Source: an uncultured virus (IMG/VR IMGVR_UViG_3300027631_002940)
Lineage: Duplodnaviria > Heunggongvirae > Uroviricota > Caudoviricetes
DNA length: 64,000 nucleotides
Reading direction: 5' to 3' (one strand)
IMG/VR virus record: IMGVR_UViG_3300027631_002940
The notes beneath the pieces are model-generated. The model was not told the DNA's origin and did not search any database. It saw only the letters and a program-made list of their open reading frames with translations. Both the position numbers and the translations under genes were made by a program. Positions 50,039-57,600 of this stretch are shown piece by piece (position 1 is the first letter of the stretch; each line of letters opens with the position of its first letter).

Positions 50039-53000
50039 ACATTTTCCTCACTTGCTCGGATAGCTGATTTCTTGATGATGTGTTCTTTTCTAGGGGCTAC
50101 TTCACTACCCATCAACGTAGAAATCAAATCAGACGCATCTTCTGCATTTTCCACATTTACTTTAATGATATGTCTAGTGCCAATTTCCATAGTAGTGACA
50201 CCTAGTTCATCGCCATCCATTTCGCCAAGACCTTTAAATCTGGTTACTTCTATTTTATCACCATATTTCTTACGATAGGTTTCAAGCTCTTCATTAGAAT
50301 GGATATAGAATTTTTGGTTCTTTACATTCACACGATATAGAGGTGGCTTCGCTAAATACAATTTCCCTGCTAATACTAGAGGACGCATAAATCTATAGAA
50401 GAATGTCATAAGAAGGGCAGCAATATGAGCTCCATCGTCATCAGCATCAGTCATAATAACGATTTTGCCATATCTCAAATCTTCAATTTTAAACTCGTCT
50501 CGAATACCAGTACCAAGAGCAGAAATAATTGATGCTACTTCCTCATTTTGCATAAGTCTTGCATAATCGTTCTTTTCTGGGTTGATAATCTTTCCACGAA
50601 TAGGCATAACAGCTTGAAATTCAGGGTCTCTACCAAATTTGCTACTATTGTGAACAAAAACACCACAACTTAATGCAAAGTTATGTGACTCAGGTACTTC
50701 TATGTCATAAACATCTTCAGTATAATTGAGTTTTTCGATAGAAACAATTTTATGATTTTGCAATTTACATGCTTCTTTAGCTTTATCTTTGTCATTATCA
50801 AAGAATTTTTTCACTAATCTTTGAAAACATTGATATAAAGCACTTTCTTGTGATGGAATAGTATCTTTTTGTGTTTCATACAAATAAGCACCAATTTTTG
50901 CAATCATTTTTTTCATATTTGTATTATCAAGAGTAGCTTTTCTTTTCATCTTAAATTCTTCTGTCATCTGTTCTTTTGTTTTCTCAGATCGCCATTTACG
51001 CAAAGATTCATCAGACCATTGCTCAATTGCTTTTTTTCTATTGTTTTCTTTAGCTTCAGGATTATTTTGAAAATATTCTTTAACTCTAATTGATTGAGCT
51101 AAGCGATTTTCTTCTAAAGACCAATATTTTTGCTGTTCCTCATTCAAGGTTTTAAGAACTTCTTGTCGATAAGTTTCATTCGAAAGATAAAAGTTTTTCC
51201 AGGCTGTTCTCATAAATTTTTTATATTCAGGATCAGCCCAAATTTTAGCATTATGTTCAACTAATCTTTTCTGGTTTTCTGGTTCGAGCATTTGATTTCT
51301 AGCTTTCAATCTGAAATCTTCAGTTCTCTTAGCTTCTGCAGATTTTCTTTTTGATTCTTCGCTATGTAAAAACAAAGAAGCATGATCTCTATGCAATTTT
51401 AAATGTTCATCTTTATTCATTCTAACCAAATTATTAGGGTTATTATTTCTCTTATTAAAATCTACATGATGACAATGTGTTGTTTTATCATATGTATATA
51501 CACCCTTCCATAGATTCCACCAATCAGCCATTTTATGAGTAAATACCCAAGTTAAAGCGTTTGGCATCCAAGTCATTTCATATCCATCGATTGTTATACT
51601 TTTTTCTTTTTTGGATGAAATTTTTCTATACAAGGGGTAAAGAGACAAACCCTCACTCATTTCATCTGCTCTGATATAAGAACCATCAGATTTCATCCAT
51701 TTGTGGTCAGGGGTACATATAACAGATTCTCCATTATCAAGAGTAACTTTAATTAGCTCTGCATTCTTCTTAGTCAATCTAGCATGCTTAATCTCAGCTA
51801 AACCAATCTGTCCATCATTTCTAACAGTGTAGCAGAAATTTTGAATTCCTTTTTCTTGTTCTTCTATAAGTTCAATGAATGAAATTTCTCTTCCATCTGC
51901 TAAAGAAATTCTAGTAGAACCAACAAAACATCCCGCTGCGCTATCGCCTTCCACAATAAATAGCTCTGTATTTACATTATCTTCGGAGTTACAATCAGAC
52001 AACTTTCCTGGTAAAGAACCTGAACGGCCTAAGAAACTCTGTCTCTTAATATTTTCTGATGCTCTTTTTGCTGCTGCTCTTGCTTTCGCTGCTCTAAAAG
52101 CTCTGTCAGCAATATTCTTGACAATGGTCGGATTCTTTTCAAAATATTCTGTTACAGCTTCTGAAAATAGTCGATTAACTACACTTTCAACTTCTTGAGA
52201 GCCTAATTTACCCTTTGTCTGCCCTTCAAATTGTGGTTGTGGTAGTCGGACAGAAATAATACCAACAATACCTTCACGAATATCATCTCCGGTAAGGTTG
52301 GGTTCTTTTTCTTTAATTACACCAGATGATCTAGCGAATTGATTTACTACTCTTGTGATAGATGTTTTAAAGCCACTAAGATGAGTACCACCATCAGCGG
52401 TATTAATATTATTAGCATAGGTATATAGAGTTTCATCATCTTCTTCTCCATATTGAAAAGCTACTTGAACATTAATCTTACCTAGCTTATTTTCAAAAAA
52501 GAATGGTTTTGATGGATAAACATTTGTACGTGATTTAGTAAGATAAGATACATAATCAGAAATACCACCCTCAAAATAAAAATCTTCTTTTATACCAGTG
52601 GAATCATTCTTATAGCAAATCTTCAACCCACCATTTAAATAAGCAGTTTCACGTAGACGGCGTAGTAATATCGCTTCATCAAAGTGAATATTGTCATTGC
52701 TTCTCTTATGCCAAATCCTATAAATGACATATAAGGATTGCTCACTAACATTAATTGGTTTAAAAATATCATAAAACATTGCGCCATTAACTTCGCCATT
52801 AATCAAAGCTTTGCGCCATTTTCCAGAGCATTCAGCAAAAACTTCATCAATTTCAAAATCATCAATCAAATGCTCACGAAAAGCATCTTCCACTGCAAAT
52901 TGACCAAAAATGTTATAGTCTGGTGTGAATGTGATTTTTGTGCCTGTAGAAGATGAATTTCCTACCTCTTCTACTTTACCAGCGGGAATACCACGATCAA

Positions 53001-53445
53001 AACTAAGGAGATATTTTTTCTTATCACGAGAAACTTCAACATCAAGTCTTAAAGAAAGAAAGTTTACACAAGAAGCTCCTACTCCATGCAAACCACCTGA
53101 TGCTTCATATCCAGAACCATCATCACCAAACTTACCACCTGCATGAAGTTCCGTAAGTACAATTTCAAGAGTACTACGCTTCTTAGGATCTTCTTGTTTT
53201 ACTGCTACAGGGATACCACGTCCATTATCGATAATAGTTACGGAGCGATTGTCTTTAGAAATAATAACATCAATTTTAGAACAATGACCCGCCATATGTT
53301 CATCTACAGAGTTATCTAAAATCTCCCATACTAAGTGATGTAGTCCTTTCTTACCAGTATCACCAATATACATAGCAGGACGAGTACGTACTGCTTCTTG
53401 ACTTTCTAGAATCTGGATAGAATCTTCGTTGTATTGACTTGCCAT
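50035..53445 (-). CDS. gyrB: DNA gyrase subunit B containing an intein
   Basis: AVR.RPAMYIG, EILDNSVDE, DNGRGIP, GGLHGVGAS, EGDSA, P.RGKI.N, MTDADDDG, RFKGLGEM; about 708 aa after splicing. Confidence 0.96.
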   Translation of the reverse strand: MASQYNEDSIQILESQEAVRTRPAMYIGDTGKKGLHHLVWEILDNSVDEHMAGHCSKIDVIISKDNRSVTIIDNGRGIPVAVKQEDPKKRSTLEIVLTELHAGGKFGDDGSGYEASGGLHGVGASCVNFLSLRLDVEVSRDKKKYLLSFDRGIPAGKVEEVGNSSSTGTKITFTPDYNIFGQFAVEDAFREHLIDDFEIDEVFAECSGKWRKALINGEVNGAMFYDIFKPINVSEQSLYVIYRIWHKRSNDNIHFDEAILLRRLRETAYLNGGLKICYKNDSTGIKEDFYFEGGISDYVSYLTKSRTNVYPSKPFFFENKLGKINVQVAFQYGEEDDETLYTYANNINTADGGTHLSGFKTSITRVVNQFARSSGVIKEKEPNLTGDDIREGIVGIISVRLPQPQFEGQTKGKLGSQEVESVVNRLFSEAVTEYFEKNPTIVKNIADRAFRAAKARAAAKRASENIKRQSFLGRSGSLPGKLSDCNSEDNVNTELFIVEGDSAAGCFVGSTRISLADGREISFIELIEEQEKGIQNFCYTVRNDGQIGLAEIKHARLTKKNAELIKVTLDNGESVICTPDHKWMKSDGSYIRADEMSEGLSLYPLYRKISSKKEKSITIDGYEMTWMPNALTWVFTHKMADWWNLWKGVYTYDKTTHCHHVDFNKRNNNPNNLVRMNKDEHLKLHRDHASLFLHSEESKRKSAEAKRTEDFRLKARNQMLEPENQKRLVEHNAKIWADPEYKKFMRTAWKNFYLSNETYRQEVLKTLNEEQQKYWSLEENRLAQSIRVKEYFQNNPEAKENNRKKAIEQWSDESLRKWRSEKTKEQMTEEFKMKRKATLDNTNMKKMIAKIGAYLYETQKDTIPSQESALYQCFQRLVKKFFDNDKDKAKEACKLQNHKIVSIEKLNYTEDVYDIEVPESHNFALSCGVFVHNSSKFGRDPEFQAVMPIRGKIINPEKNDYARLMQNEEVASIISALGTGIRDEFKIEDLRYGKIVIMTDADDDGAHIAALLMTFFYRFMRPLVLAGKLYLAKPPLYRVNVKNQKFYIHSNEELETYRKKYGDKIEVTRFKGLGEMDGDELGVTTMEIGTRHIIKVNVENAEDASDLISTLMGSEVAPRKEHIIKKSAIRASEENV
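50647..51930 (-). mobile_element. GyrB intein (428 aa) with an HNH endonuclease
   Basis: EGDSAAG/CFVGSTRISLADG ... CTPDHKW ... VYDIEVPESHNFALSCGVFVHN/SSK; internal HHVDFNKRNNNPNNL followed by basic helical repeats. Confidence 0.93.
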
Positions 53446-53464
53446 TATTTTTCCTTTTAGGCAT

Positions 53465-53497
53465 AAAAAAATGCTGTGATTTAGTTACCACAGCATT
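53465..53497 (-). terminator. Rho-independent terminator overlapping the gyrB promoter
   Basis: - strand AATGCTGTG-N10-CACAGCATT followed by a T-run. Confidence 0.7.
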
Positions 53498-53523
53498 CTA
53501 CCCCAAATACAGCTTATTTACAA
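53495..53523 (-). promoter_or_regulatory. sigma70-like promoter of the gyrB operon
   Basis: TTGTAA, 17-nt spacer, TAGAAT on the - strand. Confidence 0.6.
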
Positions 53524-53527
53524 TATT

Positions 53528-54169
53528 TTAGCTTGGATCTAACAAGTCTACCAAGTAATGTTTTCCTTGTTTATCTAATATCTCAGCTGTTTTGACAAAT
53601 CTAATATATCTCGATGCCATTCCACCCATACCGGGAGGTCCACCACCTTGCGCTTTGCCTACATTTTTAGCAACATTAAGTGCAATACCCTTAATAGTAT
53701 CTGATAATTCTTCCAAAGATGTTATATCACCAATAGTTTGATCTTTAGGTAATCTTTCCCATCTGCTATCTTCTGTTCTTTTTTGTTCTTTTTCTTCGTC
53801 TTCAGGAGATACATCTTTTCTAGGGATTCTTTTACCAATATGAAGATCGTTAACTGTTCCAGTTTCTTCTCCACCATATGTAGTCCAAACGTATAAAGCG
53901 ATATCTTCAGCAGATTCACCAAGCTTATCAAAAATAATTGTTTGAATATCGATATCGTATAGAATTTTACCTAGTTCATTTAAAGGAGAACCGATTTCTT
54001 CTCTTTGCCCAACAGGAGCTCCGGGGGCTGACATAGGAGCAGTAGGAGCACCACCCATGCCCATCATAGGATCCATACCCATCCCGCCACCCATACCCAT
54101 ATCACCACCCATAGGAGGTGCTGGCGGGGCTGCAGGAGGCATTTCTTGAGCGAATCTATATTTTGACAT
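53528..54169 (-). CDS. Hypothetical protein with M/G/P-rich low-complexity segments (possible internal head protein)
   Basis: MSKYRFAQ N-terminus, MGG repeats, C-terminal RFVKTAEILDKQG. Confidence 0.7.
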   Translation of the reverse strand: MSKYRFAQEMPPAAPPAPPMGGDMGMGGGMGMDPMMGMGGAPTAPMSAPGAPVGQREEIGSPLNELGKILYDIDIQTIIFDKLGESAEDIALYVWTTYGGEETGTVNDLHIGKRIPRKDVSPEDEEKEQKRTEDSRWERLPKDQTIGDITSLEELSDTIKGIALNVAKNVGKAQGGGPPGMGGMASRYIRFVKTAEILDKQGKHYLVDLLDPS

Positions 54170-54171
54170 TA

Positions 54172-54624
54172 TTAGCTTGTTCTACTTAAAAAGTCAGACC
54201 AGTGGGAACCTCTACCTGGTGTATGAAATGCTGTAGTTTCGTGCATAGTATCATCAATGACAACTTCAGGCTCTTCTGTTTCTGAAAATAAATCATCTAA
54301 TAATTTAGGGTTGAGAACATTCATGCCATTCCAGTCATTTTGTACCGCTGAGGCTTTTCTTACGATTTGCTCATGACTTAATCCTTGAGCATCAATAAAT
54401 TCATTGGATGAGTCCATCTCAGAGACATTACTCATCGCAATCAAGATAGCATCAGTCATTTTTGATTCTACTAATCTAGAATTATCTGAAGCAGTTTTGG
54501 TCATTTTTGAAGCTGTTTTCTTGAATATATCAGATGCTTCAGCTATAATTACTGCTTGCTCATCGTTCCCTAAATTAGGAACGATTTCTTCTAAAAGTAA
54601 ATGTAAACTAGACTCGATTGACAT
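54172..54624 (-). CDS. Acidic hypothetical protein
   Basis: ATG at 54624 follows SD-like AGGGTG; contains KKTAS, TKTAS and RKAS. Confidence 0.7.
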   Translation of the reverse strand: MSIESSLHLLLEEIVPNLGNDEQAVIIAEASDIFKKTASKMTKTASDNSRLVESKMTDAILIAMSNVSEMDSSNEFIDAQGLSHEQIVRKASAVQNDWNGMNVLNPKLLDDLFSETEEPEVVIDDTMHETTAFHTPGRGSHWSDFLSRTS

Positions 54625-54690
54625 TATTATCACCCTACTGATATTTCTTGATATATTATATTTTGTTCTTTAAACATTTTACACCTTCCT

Positions 54691-57600
54691 TTAATGTAAC
54701 ACTGATGGATAAACTGCAACAGCCAGAGTATCAGCACCAGTTTCTTTTACTGGATAGGAGAATGTTCTTAATTTAGTTAATGAAGCGTTATATACTTCTA
54801 TTTGACTTAGTAATGTAGCATCTTTACCTGCTACAAATATTTCACCAGCTTTGTTAATACATATAGCATTAGGTGATGACATTATGATGACTTCACTTTG
54901 CAATAAACCACTTGTATTATATTTTCTTAGTAATCCGTTAGAAGTTGTTACATAAATGTTTCCACTAATATCTACACTTACTGATTGAGCATTAGTACAT
55001 GTAAAATGAGTGACATATACTCCGCTACTATTAAATTTGATAATTTTGTTATTATTTTCTGCTATATAAATATTATTATTTATATCCAGGCAAATACTCG
55101 TGACATTGTACATAAGAACATTTGTATTATATTCATTTATCCAAGTAGTTACAGTATTGGTACTATTTAGTTTATTTATATTATAAACAAACACAGATGA
55201 TACAAATGTTTTATAGACTACATATTTATTATTACTACTGTCTAAGGCTATTGATGTTGGTATAGAATTTGTATTCAACGAAGAAATATTAATTTCATTT
55301 GTAATTGTAATATTTGTTTCTAGAATCCAAGCATTATTAGCTTTGTCATATGATCTTTGTCTTAAATTCCTATTTGATGATACTTCCCAAATTTTTCCAT
55401 TTGAATCTACATCAAAAGCATCATATGTATTAATATTATTTACTGAAAGATTTGAAATTGTATCGCCTATGGAATTCTTTAGAACAATACCTGTCGGCTG
55501 AATCATGTTGGTTGGGCCAGAGACAAAATTCAAATACATTAATTGTTCATTAGAAACAATAGTAGTATCTTGTGGAGTTTCAACTACAGTAGATTCACAA
55601 TTAGCACTAGGATTTTTACCATCATAAGGCTTGAACTGTGTAACAAATCTCATATTTCTAATAAGACTAGGATTTTGCCCAGATGGAACATATACAGCCA
55701 AACCTATTTTAGTAGATTTTGCGATATTATTTTTACTTAGGTTTGATCTACCTAAAGATATAGCATTAGTTGATAATGTTGGTAAATCATTCCAAGCTGA
55801 AGGATCTGAATTATATACAGCTAATCCATCTGCTAAATTCCATGTAATATTAGAAGATCCAATAGTATAATAAGGAACTGTAGATGCTGGTTGTGGTAAA
55901 GATATTAAATAATCTTTATTTTCACTAGCTATTCCTGCGATTACTTTAGTTACTGCTCCAGGGAATATTTCAGTATTTTCGTTAAAATCTGTAGCTCTAA
56001 CCCATCTACCGTCTGAACCAGTGCCAGCGAATTCTACAGAATATATACCATTAGCAGAACTTGTTGATTGATTCTTTACTAATATTCTATCCCCAGCTAA
56101 TACTTCTAATCCATCAACTGTTATTGGAGCTCCGCCATATAAAGTAGCTATATTTGTGGTTGTGGCTAATCTACAATCATTAAATCTTACTGTATTAGGT
56201 TGTTTAGCCCAATAAATATTTGTGGAATTTAATACAGGTGAAGATGAACTTAACCATATACCATACCAGCTATTCCCATCTACAATTCCACCAGTTACGC
56301 TTACTCTCAAATAGGGATTTAATTCAGAAGTAGAATTCATCTTAGAATGTCTTACTAACTTAACACTTCTAGAATAACCTAAAGTATATAATCCATTTTG
56401 AGTAGCAGATGTTTGATCTTTAACAATAACAGTAATACCATCTGCTAATGCAACACCATTTAAAGTACCTGATGCTAATGCTGATAAGTCTATATTTGAT
56501 CCAACAGAAATAGTATCTGCATTTGGAAAATTAGAGCTCCATGTATTAGAATTCATAAAATACACATCAGAAGATCCAACTGTTGTAGAAGCAGAATCAA
56601 AATAAGATTCCCATACAGTATCTAAACCTGTTGCACTATTTAACACAGATACAGTTAATGGTTCAATTGAGAATTGATCTGCTGTAGCATTTCCTGAAGT
56701 TACTCTCGAATAAATAGGTTTTTTAGCAGCTCTTACAAATGTTCCTAAATAACGGTCAGCAGCTGTTGTTTGTCCACGAAGTAAAACTCTATTTGAAGTT
56801 GATGATGTTAAATCTACACCATCAATAGTATCTGGTACCGCATTTGTAAGATTAGAAATATTAGTAGCAGTAACAGCATTTGCTTGATAATAATACTTTA
56901 ATGAACTTACAATTCTAAAATATTTATCTACAGTATTAAAAGTATAAGAAGTAGCAGGTGGTAGATGCAATTCATATTCTTGATTTAAAGTACTACCATC
57001 ATTAACTAATACTTTACCATAAGCAAATAATTCATTATCAGCATCAAAATATGGTGCTCTTGCTAATGTAAAATTATTTGTAGCTTTATATAAATAAATT
57101 CCATTTTGAGATGGATTTGTTATTTGGTTCTTTACTAATATTACATCATTAGCTGCTAAGAACGTACCATCTATAAAGTTTGGAGGTGATGCAAGATTGA
57201 TATTTTGTGCAGATCCATTTGTAGCTAATCTGGCAGTAAAATCAGTTAATAATGATTCATCTAAGAAATCTATTCCAGACGTTCCTAATGTTGTAGAAGC
57301 TGGATCATAATAAGATCTGAATGTTTTTGCGCTTGGTAATGTAGTAGAAACATATATTGGCGATATTCCTACTGACTGATATGTTGTGTCTCTTGTTAAT
57401 GTGTAAGAATATTTAGAAATAGCAAAATCATAAATACCATTACCAGGAACATTTGAAGCCAAGTTAGCTGTTAATAAAACAGTATCAAAATTAGCCAGAT
57501 TATAAGAATCTACAATCATAGGCATAGATGTTAATGATGCGACAGATGTATTATATCTAACTGTTACTGTTTGAGCTACATGATATGATTCTGGAATAAA

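Noticed and set aside
54030..54140. GC-rich short repeats (cccat/ccacc) resembling a repeat array
   Set aside because: They encode the Met/Gly/Pro low-complexity tract of the 213-aa protein, with no repeat-spacer periodicity.
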